Translations under genes and position numbers: made by a program
Origin: the human T2T-CHM13v2.0 reference genome, Homo sapiens
DNA length: 64,000 bases
Direction: 5' to 3' (one strand)
Assembly: GCF_009914755.1 (NCBI RefSeq)
Contig: NC_060935.1
Shown: piece by piece, positions 43,817-55,830 of the stretch
Position numbering within the stretch: position 1 is the first letter of the stretch
Layout of the letters: each line of letters starts with the position of its first letter
Notes under the pieces: generated by a model
Databases searched by the model: none
Told to the model about the DNA's origin: nothing
What the model saw: the letters and a program-made list of their open reading frames with translations, nothing else

Positions 43817-44324
43817 GGGTATATACCCAAAGGATTATAAATCATTCTGCTGTAAAGACACATGCACAGGTATGTTTATTGTGGCACTATTCACAATAGC
43901 AAAGACTTGGAACCAATCCAAATGTCCATCAAGAAGACTGAATAAAGAAAATGTGGCACATATACACCATGGAATACTATGCATCCCTAAAAAAGGATGA
44001 GTTCATGTCCTTTGCAGGGACATGGATGAAGTTGGAAACCATCATTTTAAGCAAACTATCACAAGAACAGAAAACCAAACACCACATGTTCTCACTCATA
44101 AGTGGGAGTTGAACAAGGAGAACACATGAATACAGGGAGGGGAACGTCACACACTGGGGCTTGTCAGGGGGTAGCGGCGGTTAGGGGAGGAAAAGCATTA
44201 GGAGAAATACCTAATGTAGGTGATGAGTTGATGGGTGCAGCAAACCACCATGGCACGTGCCAACCTATGTAACAAACCTGCACGTTCTGCATATGTAACC
44301 CGGAACTTAAAGTATAATAAAAAA
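43817..44324 (+). mobile_element. 5'-truncated L1PA7-like 3' end with a probable 3' transduction (44325-44362)
   Basis: ctcataagtgggagttgaac, gcagcaaaccaccatggcacgtg, cacgttctgca; TSD aaaaagtaatttct at 43803-43816 and 44364-44377. Confidence 0.9.
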
Positions 44325-45189
44325 TATATATTATATTGTAGAATAAAGCAAACAATTGTGCCAAAAAAGTAATTTCTATTTATCTGATGATATTTTCTGT
44401 TTTTTTATTCATCATGTTCATATTTTTTCCAACTTTGAGAATACTTAAAATTGCTGATTTAAAACTCTTGTCCACAAATTTCAACATCTGGGTTATCTTG
44501 GTGTCAGCCCCATTAATTGTGTTTCCATTTCAGAATAAGTCACATTTTCCCGTTTCTTCATATATCCAATAATTTTGGATTACAACCTGGACATTAGGAA
44601 TGATATATTGTAGAGATTCTGAAATGTTGCTGCCAAGAATATTGATTTGTTTTTAAGCAGGAAGTTCACTGGGGCTGTAAGCAAATTTAAGTTCTGTCTC
44701 CACTGCAACTCAAATCTCAATGTATTTCTTTTAGGCTTAGCTGGGCTGCTTGGAAGCTGCCCCCTGCTTCCATGTTTCAGGGCCTGTTAAGAGATGTTGA
44801 CAAAGTTTATTCACAGGATTTTGACATTTTCTTTGCTGGTTCTATTGCTGCTGCTACTGTTGCTGTTGCCATTGTTATTGTTGTTTTCCTGGGATTCCTC
44901 AGATGACTGTAATTGCTCCAAAATGGCAAGACCATGGGCTTTATATCAGAGTATTAGTTGCCGTATTCAGAGCAGACTGGAGCCTGCTCTCAGATTAAAA
45001 CTTCTGAAAACTAGAAATTCACTCTGTGCTTTTTTCTACCAAATGTTGACTCCATCCAGTATCTACCTGCTTTTGATCACTTTCCAGTGCCTTCAGGGAG
45101 CATGTGTATCTACACATTCATTGTTGTATTTATTACCTACAGTAGAATTGGTCTGAAAGGAAAGACTTGATTATGGTTAGAAGCTGAAC

Positions 45190-46310
45190 CATTGAGAAAG
45201 TATTAAACAAAGACCTAATAGAAGAATGGGAGCTAGCCATACCTGTGTGGAATGCATTCCAGGACTCCATGTGCAAAGCCCTGAAGTGGAGCATGGCTTG
45301 TGTGTTTCAGGAATGGCAAGGAGGTCAGTGTGGTTACAGTAGAGGAAAAGAGAGGTAAGAGATGAGATGAGGGCAGAGAGGTAACAGAGAATCAGGTTGT
45401 GTCAGACCACTGAGCCACTTTAAGGACTTGGAGTTTACTTTGATGGAGGAAGTCACTGGAGGGTTTTGAACAGAGGAGTGACATGATTTAGCTTGTGTTT
45501 TAAAATGCGCAATCTGGCTCTATATTGAGACTATGGGGGGCAAAGTACGGAAACAAGGATACTACTTAGGAGACTCTTCAGAAATCCAGGTGAAGTAGCT
45601 TTGGCTTGAACTAGGCTGGCAATACTGGAGATGGTGAGAAAGTGATCTGCATGTATTTGAGGTCAGAGTATAAATAATTTGCTAAGAGTTTGGATTTGGA
45701 GTGTGAAGCAGAAGGAGGCATCATGGGTGATTCCAAGGTTTTCAGCTTGAGAAACTAGAAGGAAGGAGTAGAGAAAATCAGTAAGGTTTCAGACATTTAG
45801 GTTTGATGTGCCTGATGGGCATCACGGTGGGAATATCAAGGAGGAAATTGGATTTGAGACTGGAGTTCAGGGGAGAGGTCAAGGCTGCCAGTGTACAATA
45901 GTAAATTGTGTATAGAATTGTATTTACAGCCAGGAGAAGACACAAAATCACTAAGCAACTGGTCTAACCAGAGAAGAGAAGACTTCCAAGGATATAGCTC
46001 TGAGGATGGTGTGATTAGAGGTCACAGAAAAGAAACCAGTAAAGAAACCCAGAAGATGTCAGTGTGGTAGGATGTGAACCAGGAAAGAATGGAGTTCTAA
46101 AACCCAAAGGAAGAAAGTGTTCTAGTGTTTCAAGAAAGTAACAGTCGGCTATGGCAATTAACACTGGGAGATCAAGTACAATGAAGATTGAGAATTGGCT
46201 CTGGGTTTGTTGATGAAGAGGTTGTAGTTGGTCCTGAAAAGAGCAGTTTTGGTGGACCAATGAAGATAAAACCCTGAATGGAACTGGAGGGAGCACATCT
46301 ACCCATAATA
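45190..46310 (-). mobile_element. L2a body
   Basis: atgtgcaaagccctgaagtgg...gaagtcactggagggttttgaacagaggagtgacatgat...ggagttcaggggagaggtc. Confidence 0.9.
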
Positions 46311-46914
46311 TGATTATGGCATGATTATAGAAGTCTAGCATTATCAGATGCTATAAAATAAGGGAAAAAAATCATTTGTAAGGAAGGGAAAAAACTAAGA
46401 AAGAAAAATAAATCCGTGAACTTGAGGTAAATTTCCAAAGAGCAAAGAACAGAGGCATATTTGCTGTCGTCTAGGGCTGGAGCATGCTGTACAGAGAACT
46501 GACCTCACAGTGTTTTGTAGTATCACAGCTGGCCTCTGAGAAAATTCCAAGAATCCATTGTGGGATGACCCTCAGGTTCAGAACCCAACCTGCCAGTCCT
46601 ACTCACACTGGTTTCTGGGACCAGCCTCTCATAGCTGGACTCATTTGATATTCCTGTCTAACTCCTTTCCTAAGATTCCCCCCATGCCTTACTGAAACTC
46701 TTTTGTCCTGACCCTTTTCTGACTTCCAAACTTTCTTAGTTGCAAATTTTCTTAGAGGAAAATATGCCCTTTTACTCATTTGGCTTGTTTTGCTCTCGAC
46801 TGACCTCTTGGGCTTGATTCTAGAGCATATGGCCCAGTCCCCACCATGTCTGGCCCTTAGATTATATTCATCCTGCTCTCAGGTCAAGTCATAGCCTGGA
46901 TTCAAATATTTAAG

Positions 46915-47110
46915 GTATGAGGTAATTTTTAAAACCCTGGATTTGAAGTCAGAGAGATAGAGATTCAAGCCACCACTTGGCTGCTTAACTAGCTGTGTTA
47001 TCAGAAGCAAGCTCTTAACCTCACTGTCAGTTCCCTTGTCTACAGAATGGAGATATTAATTATTATCCTTAGGGAACAGTAAGAATTGAATGCGGTAACA
47101 CATATGTTAG
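46915..47110 (+). mobile_element. MIR SINE
   Basis: atttgaagtcagagaga...ctgcttaactagctgtgt...cttaacctcactgtcagttcccttgtctacagaatgg. Confidence 0.8.
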
Positions 47111-47559
47111 GATACGGGAAAAATATCTTGTCTTTTTAGCAGCTAGTAAGAGATAGAATTACAATGTAGGAAGAAGACTGACTGTTATGTTGAGAAGATG
47201 CCTCTCAATAAGGTTATAGTCTACAGAATTTAAGCAGAAGAAAAACCCAGTACTGTTAAATAAGAGAGGGTGGGAGGTGGGGTGACAGGGTGGGCATGAC
47301 AGGTCTTAAATGCTGCAGGATTTTCAAGTGCAGTGTAATTCATTTTTCCAGACAAATAAATTCACAGGCTGATTTGATTTTTCATGGAAGCTTAAGAAGG
47401 GCTAAATAGTGTTGAAACAGAGTTAGACTATGAGACCATGGAGCACACCTGGGCAGCTGTTTACATTTATGAAATTCCTAGAACCTAGTAGGCTCTTTAT
47501 AAATGTTAGGTCTCCAATTCTCCCATCTTTTCACTTTACTTATTGTCCACCATCCACAG

Positions 47560-47865
47560 TGGCAGAAGGAGGCCTGAGTGAAGAGTGTACTAACACTGCA
47601 GGCTCTAAAATCACACCATCTGGTCACATCCCAGCTTTATTCTAATTCGTGAACTGGGGCAAGTTATTTTACAGTAATGGGTCTCAGTTTCTTCATCTGT
47701 ATAATGAAAATGATAATAATAATACCTTTCTCATGCAGTATTTTTTGAGAGAGACCCTTTACCATAACCAATAAAAGATTAAATGAGGTAATACATGAGA
47801 AGCAATTAGGCAAGATTCTGGTACAGATAAAACATTCATTATTTCCAACTAATATCATTATTTCC
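47560..47865 (+). mobile_element. MIR SINE
   Basis: gggcaagtta...tctcagtttcttcatctgtataatgaaaatgataataat. Confidence 0.8.
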
Positions 47866-48344
47866 AGCATCACACTTGCCAAAGTAGTGTGAAAAATTCA
47901 CTCCGAGAAAGTCAGGTGAATCAGTCTGAGGAACAACCTGCATACAATTCATTGAATCTCAACTAATTACGGATAGACTTACTGAATAGGATATATAAAT
48001 TAATAGAAATTGTATTTAACTTGGTGTTACTGTTGACATTTAAGTTGTTTTCTCAGCTTCTCTAGAAAATGAAGCTCAGTTTTCATTTCTCATGTGTTAC
48101 TTTGAGAAGTACCGAGCTCTGGCTTCAAAGATGTCACTCGGTTTCATGATGTGATGCAATTTACTGAACTAAGGCAATCCAGGGTGAGTCACTGCAAAAA
48201 CAATGCATCATCCAGGCAATTCTATCTTCTTAAAAAGGAGGCAGCAAGGCATAGCATTTCTTTCTGAGCTCCTCAGTTGTAGCTGATAATAAAGGCAACT
48301 TAAAAAAAAAAAAAACACCTGCTTCTGTCTGTATCAAATATTCT

Positions 48345-49070
48345 CACTCTAGTGCATACAGAATACTAACAATGTAGATTCTGATGTCAGACAGACATGG
48401 CTTTAGATTCTGTCCCTGTCACTTGCCAATTGTGTGACCTTTCACAATCTACTTAACCATTGTGCCACAGGAATGGCTGCTGTCCATCAAAGATGTATCC
48501 TTTTCTTTCATAGGGTAGAGCCTTTGAGGGGAAGCAGCTGGACAGCCAGTGACTGCATTTTCAAGCCTTTATTAAATCTAGAAAGGGCCATGTGAATGAG
48601 TTCTGGCCAAGAGAATGCGGGCAGAATTGATAAATTCCACTCCATGTCCTGGGCCCATAAAATCCCACATAATCCTCTGTGCTCTCTTCCCCAATCTTCC
48701 AGCTGGATATCAACGTCCAGGGCCACCACAACACCCTCGTGTTGAAGATGGTAGAACTTCTCTCAGCCTAGATTCCTGAGTGACTATGTGGGTCACCTCC
48801 GCACCACCACCAAAACCTTCTTTCCCTAGCATTGGGCTTTACGAGAATGATACATAAACTTCTATTAGAAGAATCCACTGAGATTTCAGAGTTAACTCTT
48901 ACAGTATTTAGTATCACTTTAAATAATACACACTTCAAGCCTCTGTTTCTTCATATGTAAAACAGGAATAATAGTAGCTACCCAGAGTTGTGATAATTAA
49001 ATAAGATGAGCCAGGTAAAGTACTTAGCACACTGTCTGGAACCTAAATAGTGCTAAAAAATTATTAGCTA
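48345..49070 (+). mobile_element. MIR split by an MLT1 LTR (parts 48345-48460 and 48931-49070)
   Basis: tgtgtgacct...tacttaacc | aagcctctgtttcttcatatgtaaaacaggaataatag. Confidence 0.8.
48461..48930 (+). mobile_element. MLT1J-like MaLR solo LTR
   Basis: ggccatgtgaatgagttctggccaa...gcctagattcctgagtgactatgtgg...ccactgagattt...aataca. Confidence 0.8.
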
Positions 49071-49949
49071 CTAAATTTACTTAAATGAACTTTTTTTTTC
49101 ATTGCTTCTGAAATTGTTGTAAACAACTCCTTCATTATCAGCTACTTCTAGAATAAGCTGCTCTTAAACTGACAGTGAATCTCACAATCATGGGTTTCTT
49201 AGCATTGAAAAAAATATGGTACTAATATTTTATTAAATATTTGAATTTTTACTAAATCCTCTGTGTTCCCTTTTGCTACAATATCTTTCTGATAACAGTC
49301 AATGCCTTTTTACAGCAATGTTAACCACTGTCATCCATCCTTAAGAATAATTTTTTTTTGTGAACCAAAGAAGTAGTAAGATATACAAGTCTGCTGCAAG
49401 CAATTGACTCAGATCAACATACAGCCCTCAGCAAGTCCTCTGAGTTATTTTAAAGCGCCACACAAGAGATGCTACCTGAGATATTGCTCATCATTACCTA
49501 TTAAGTGCCAACATATTCTTTAGTGCAGGACCTACCATACAGCAGGAGAGGCTGGTGAGCAACTCTTTTAGTTCCTGCCTGCTTCTGGCCCTGCACTAGC
49601 TAAATGTGGGTGTTGAAGCCCAGCCACCTGCGGCCAATGCCTCTTCATTTCAGAGCTGATGAGAACCAGCCCTAGTATTATATTATCATGGAATGTCCTC
49701 TACTCTTCACAATGTGGGTAAATGTAAGGCTAGGATTTATCTGCTGCCCTGAGCTGCATGTGCAGGAACCAGAATTTGAACATCAGGCTGTCTTCCAGGC
49801 TGACCTTCCTCAAACTCCTGCATGGGTTCTCAGACAGAACAGCTGGGTTTATGCACACTCTCTCCACTACCATCCCACTCCTATTCCTGGTTTACACCAC
49901 AATTTTTTTTTTTTTTAAAAGTACTCTGCCCTAGAGCATAATGATCAAC

Positions 49950-50190
49950 ATCCTCATCATGATTGTTATCCCCATAGAAAGAAAAATAACTACCTTAATG
50001 GGCATCATCTGTGTATCAGGAACTAATTGCTTCACGCCCATTATCTTTTTAAAAATTCATGACGAATCTTCAACATCAGCATTTTTATGCCCATTTTAGA
50101 AGTGTGGGAGCTGAGGCTTCAGGTTGTTAAGCAGTTCACTAATAAAGACTAGAGCCAGAATCCATATCCAGCTCCGATTTTTAAATGTGG
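49950..50190 (-). mobile_element. MIR SINE
   Basis: atgcccattttagaagtgtgggagctgaggct. Confidence 0.7.
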
Positions 50191-51049
50191 GTGCGTGCTT
50201 TTAGCTGGCCATTTCTTACCAGGCTGAATCCCTGAATCTCTACCTATTTCTTACCAACAAGAATAGACTCTGTGCCTTTACACAGCTGATTGGCTTAGGC
50301 TCTGCATTTGTTCAAATGGGCTGCTTTACTTCCTTGTACCAAAACTGTGCAAGTACTCCAGCCTCTTTGATAGGAATTCATAAATGCTGACCAATCCCTA
50401 GGGACTCCGTGAACACCCTAGCATCCTTTGGACATGGAGTTTTGACCAGCTGACCATTTCTGGAGGAAGAAGGTAGACAATCTGACTCCATGTTGGTTCC
50501 CTAAGCCCTGGCCTCACCACTCCCAACTTATACCTCTTCTGTAGGTCCCATAGTATGACAGCTCTGCTTCACATTCTCACAAGTTTTGATAAAACGTAAT
50601 GAACAAAATAGATATCTGGGATAGTATTGCTTATTATAAAGCAATTAAAGAAGTCCTAAAACAATTGCTTAAGTGTTTATTTAAGTGCCTCTCTTCAGGC
50701 TGTTGACTCCTCAAAGCAGAGATGGTATATGGAATTTTGAACTCTGTAGATAAGGACCAAAGTCTATTAATGATCATTCAAAGTGGAGCTAAATGAAAGA
50801 TGTGACAAATTAATGATAAAATAATCAAATGTCCCCCACAATCCTCCTTCAGTTCTGAACAGTGGACTGACAAATCCAACACTAGCTTGAACAGTTTCTT
50901 TAAAGCATGTAAACAGATTATAAAACACCAGGTGTCACATTGCATCTGCCCAATGCGACGGGGTTGTTTTAAGGACATGTCCTGGGCTCACCTGAGTCAT
51001 GGGGCCATGCAGAGATGAATATCATGGCAATCATAAGCAGCTGTGAGAG

Positions 51050-51282
51050 AAGCAGCACAGCAGAATGGGGAAGCCCACAGCCCCTGGAGCCAGGCATGCC
51101 ATGCTCTGCCACCTTCTAGCCACGTGACCTTGGGCAGGCAACTTACCCTCACTATATGTTAGTTTCCTGGCCTGTGAGTGGTGGTTTATAATTGTATCTG
51201 CCTCAAGGCAGATTCATAAGGAATAACTAGGTGTAAATGGCTTTTGACAGAACCTAACATGCACTAAGTACTCAATAACTGT
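51050..51282 (+). mobile_element. MIR SINE
   Basis: gctctgccaccttctagccacgtgaccttgggcaggcaacttaccctc...agtttcct. Confidence 0.85.
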
Positions 51283-51621
51283 TTGCTGTTGTGAATAGTG
51301 CTGCAATGAACATACTCATGCATGTATCTTTACAATAGAATGATGTATATTCCTTTGCATATATACCCAGTAATGAGATTGCTGGATCAAATGGTATCTC
51401 TGCATCTTGGTCTTTGAGGAACCGCCACACTGTCTTCCACAATGGTTGAACTAATTTATACCTGCACCAACAATGTAAAGGTGTTCCTTTTTCTCCACAA
51501 CCATGCCAGCATCTGTTGTTTATATGACTTAAAAAACAATATCCATTCTGACTGGTGTGAGATGGTATTTCATTGTGGTTTTGATTGCATTTCTCTAATG
51601 ATCAGTGAGGTTGAGCTTTTT
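51283..51621 (-). mobile_element. Internal L1PA ORF2 fragment without 3'UTR or poly(A)
   Basis: Collinear with 34748-35088 (gtgaatagtgctgca...ccacaatggttgaactaattta...atgatcagtga). Confidence 0.9.
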
Positions 51622-54276
51622 TAAGAATTTCTTCTTCTGTTTGTCATTGATTTTAAAAAGAAAATGCAAAGAATAAAAGCTAAATATAGATGGGAGGACT
51701 ATTGGAAGGAAGAGTGAAGTCAAGTTTAGAATAATTTTTTTGTGTGTGTTTATATTTACTTTCTTGTGACTTGTTGAGCAACTACAGGATCTGCAGGAAT
51801 AGAACACAGGTTGCTGAATGGAATGTCTCTACAAGCACTGGTTTTGATTTAAAAATATATAAAGGAAATTGTTTTCAAAAATCTATTAGCTATTACAATG
51901 AGCCTTGTTCCCACACTGGCCTTTGACAGTCCCCAACACTCTCTCTACCTGCCCTGATCAGAAACTCTCCTCATTTTTCCTGTTTGTTTTTTTAACCTAC
52001 TCTGCTGCCCATTTAAAACCTACTAAAATACTCCCTCTGGGTTCTTGGCCTTGCTTCTCAGTTTACTGTTTGTGTTTTGTTTTCTTTTCTTTCTTCTTCT
52101 TCTTATTTATTCATGTTTGGTTAAGATTATCTGCTTGATAACATGTTAAAGGTGACTTGCATCACGTCAGGATCCCTCCTCCCTTCCCCTTCCAGGTAGC
52201 TGGGGTCCTAATTGTGGACAGACATACTCCAGTGTCTGGGCCAGATAGTAACTTTAATTTGCTTTAGTACTTTTCATATTCCATGTCCCTTCCCAAAGAT
52301 CTATTTATTTGTGTTTCCCTCTGGTTTTCTGTGTCAGTTTGTTTCATTTATTTATTTGTATATGTCTTTCTTACTTGCTGTAGGTGCTCTAATCCAAATT
52401 CTCTTAACATTTGGTTTACATTCCCCTCTCTTTGCCCTAGGACTCCCAGAAACTTGGTCTTCTGTTAAGAGCATCCACTACCAGAGCAGCAACGAATGGT
52501 TACAGGAACTGGACAGCCACTGATCTTCAACTCCATCAGCTGATTAATGGCCTATTGAAAGACTTCCTTTGAGAGTACTTTCTTGTACTTGTCAACCCTT
52601 ATGAAGTCTCTCCTATTTTCTGGCTCATGTTTATCCCCTTTGCCAACATCTGACACTCTCTCTCTAACTCATGAGGTCTCTACAAATGAACATAGCTCCC
52701 TATTAAGTTTTTGAAGTTGATAAGAGACCTAGAACTTCTCAGTAATGGAGTAAAGAAACGCATTGTTATACAAAGTCATTTTGTCTCTACCTAACAACAT
52801 AAGGACTGTGCTATTGACTTGCAAAAGAAAGTCTGCCCTCATTCTCAAGCAGAAAATTGTCTCTGCATTTCCTATATAAAAGATGCTTTGTGTAATTAGA
52901 AGAAGGGATGAGAATGAATAGAAATTCAAAGTGCATTCTCTTCTTCTACATATCTTATTTTGTTCAGAGTATAAGAGAAGGACTTGGCACTTATCTTTGA
53001 AAGATGGTATGAAATTCGTCAATGAATTTTGAATATTCATTCATCAAGGATTCCATGTCTGAATGAACAACCTAGTTAAGATTTTATTCATGCATATTGA
53101 ATGCAGGCTAAAGAAGCCCAATTCACAGCTGTCACAGTTTATACCTCACTTACATCTTTCCTCTTCACCCTATGACACAATGCAGGACCTCCCCACACCA
53201 TCACAAAAGAATAAATCCAAGATGTCTAAAGATAAAAAGTTATGTTTTTAATAGTTTTAAAATGTGAAATGTTGGGTGCAGTTAATTTTTAAAATGTGTT
53301 TTTTTTTTATTTTCTTGTATTGCAGGCTAAGAGTGACAATCTAAGTCTCTGGAATTTCCACTTGATCTTGGCCAGAAATTCCTTACAATTAAATAAGAAA
53401 ATTTGTGGAATCATCTGGCATAGTTTTTGGCACAGAATAAGTGTTCAGTAAATGTTGTGTCTAAATCTGACATTCTCCTCGTCTGACCCAATAATAGAGG
53501 GATAGATTAGCCATTGTCTCCTCCTTTCCCCTCATTCTCTAAGACTTTATTAGCAGAGCTCCCAGGCCCATCCCATTCCATTGAGATGAGAGCTTTCAAA
53601 ATGGTCTGGAAGCAGTGGCAGTAGACACAATTTCAAAGCCAAGGAAAGACAGGTGAGTCAAGAACTAGAACTGGGCATGCTGCCCACATAGACGAAACAG
53701 GTACTTAAGTGGGAGATTCAGAAATCAAATAAGGCAACAGGGCATATCTGTATGACCTTTCAACATTCTTTTCAGTTCTGAGATCTGTGATTCCTTGATC
53801 CTTAACATACAAAGGAGGAAAAGGCCATTAACTGTTCATGGCAAATTTTAGTTTCCCACATCCTTATACTGGCAGATCCTTTAATCATTCACAAAGCAAA
53901 ACCATAGCTGCAACTTCCTGAAATCATAATAGATTTCTCTTATCTACAGTATCCTGAAAATTTCACAGTCTGCTACCCCAACTATTTAATCTTCCAGCAA
54001 CTTCCAGTTGCCCAGATGCCAAGACCTATCTTGAAACAGAGGAGAGAGAACTGGAATTGATGAATTTATAAAGCAGATACATGGAATCCTGCCCAGACAA
54101 TGTCATGGAAAATGCTCTGTCATTGACTCTCAAATTCTGTAGTTAAAACAAGCTCCTCCCTCTAAACAGAATGTTCTACAATTACCACCTTGTACACAGT
54201 AGGTGCTCAATAAACAATGATTCCTATCTGTTTTTTTTTATTAACGATATATTAGTCTTTATTTAATTTTTACTTT

Positions 54277-54784
54277 GTGGAGTTGATTATAATTGGTTGC
54301 AAAATATTTTCATCTCTATACTAATGTCCCTTTGCAATGTGACATTGCCATTCTTCTCATAAAGAAGTGGAATCTAGTTCTCTACCCCCTAAATCTAACC
54401 TCAGCTATGTCATTTGCTTTGGTCAAGGGGATGTTGGAAAACATGACATGGGTGGAGGCAAGAAAAATGGATGCTCAATGTCACTTATCCTCTTTTGCTG
54501 CTCTGAAACCACCTCCGAAGAAGCTCAAGCTAGTCTCCCAGAGAATGAGAGAATTAATGAAGCAGAAACAAGTTGCCCCAGTTGAGACCCAATAGCCCAC
54601 CAGCCTGATGACTACCAGACACATGAAGGAGATCATCCTAGACCAATTGGCATTAGGTGATCCACCAACTGCCTGCAGAACTGTGTGGCTAATGCACAGA
54701 CTCATGAGCAATAATACAACATTTGTTACTTTAAGCTACTACCTATTCAAGTGGTTTGTTACCTGGCAATAGATAACTGATAAA
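54277..54784 (+). mobile_element. MLT1G/H-like MaLR solo LTR
   Basis: ccctttgcaatgtgac...aagaagtggaatct...gtggtttgttacctggcaatagataactgata. Confidence 0.82.
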
Positions 54785-54869
54785 CCTTGTTTGACAGTTC
54801 CATCATCCACCACCTCCTATAAGCATTATAAGATTTATTTTTTCAAAATGGGCATACACCAGATGAAAT

Positions 54870-55830
54870 ATCCCTTTACTATATTTGTTAGTGTATTTAT
54901 ATATTGTTTCCTCTCAATGTATAAAGAATTTAAAGCAGTTTACAACTAGAATTCACAAAATACAATAATTAGAAACAAGTAATTGAAAGGAGGTAATAAA
55001 TAAAAATAAGATGAGAAATATTAAGATCAAATGAAGAAGAGCACAGAAATGTCGGTCATAAAGAGCTATATAATTTATGGAATTTATCTTTAACTGTGTC
55101 TCTAAGATCCCTGGCAGCCAAATGAAAAGCAAGTTACATTTTTTTCACCATCAGGAAAAAATAAGCATACCAGTTCTTTAGTATAAACAAAATGTTTCTT
55201 GTATTGAATTTTGATAGGCATTTTTTTTTTTTTTGAGACAGAGTCTCACTTTATCGCCCAGGCTGGAGTGCAGTGGCACAATCTCAGCTCACTGCAAACT
55301 CTGCCTCCTGGGTTCATGCCATTCTCCTGCCTCAGCCTCCTGAGTAGCTGGGACTACAGGTGCCCGCCACCGCGCCCGGCTAATTTTTTGTATTTTTAGT
55401 AGAGACAGGGTTTCACTGTGTTAGCCAGCATGGTCTCGATCTCCTGACCTCGTGATCCACCCGCCTCGGCCTCCTAAAGTACTGGGATTACAGGCATGAG
55501 CCGCTGTGCCTGGCCAGTTTTTTTTGGTTTTTTTTTTTTTTGTTGTTGTTGTTGTTGTTTTTTTAAAGTGGATTCCTCTTATACAAGACAGGAAATGACA
55601 TGGAAGACAGAATTTTCGTAAACCAATCTAACAGCTAGCTTTAGTATGTAGTAACCTTCTAGAAAAACCAAGACAATCACATGAATACAGAATTTCATGG
55701 ATGTAATTCTTCCAGAGGCTGCTGAAGTTAATCCTGTTTTAAATTTTTCAGGACTATCAAAATGTATGTTCTCTGCTGTGAAGCATGAATAGCTTTTGGA
55801 ATCAATTATCAAAAGAATCTTTGATCACTC
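54870..55830 (-). mobile_element. L4 (RTE-X)-like ancient LINE, interrupted by an Alu
   Basis: aaagaatttaaagcagtttaca; tctctaagatccctggcagccaaa; ataagcataccagttc. Confidence 0.5.
55220..55515 (-). mobile_element. AluY-like SINE next to a T/(GTT)n tract (55517-55564)
   Basis: ttcatgccattctc, gcccgccaccgcgcccggc, tgtgttagccag, gacctcgtgatcc. Confidence 0.95.

Noticed and set aside
44840-44886. CTG/TTG run encoding poly-Leu in ORF 44794-45156
   Set aside because: It is a short, impure trinucleotide repeat inside an L1M relic, not a signal peptide.
53295-53345. Strong splice acceptor-like site (ttttcttgtattgcag|g); others at ~27709 and ~61001
   Set aside because: There is no convincing paired donor or coding frame. 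Such sites are common by chance, and exons cannot be supported without transcript data.
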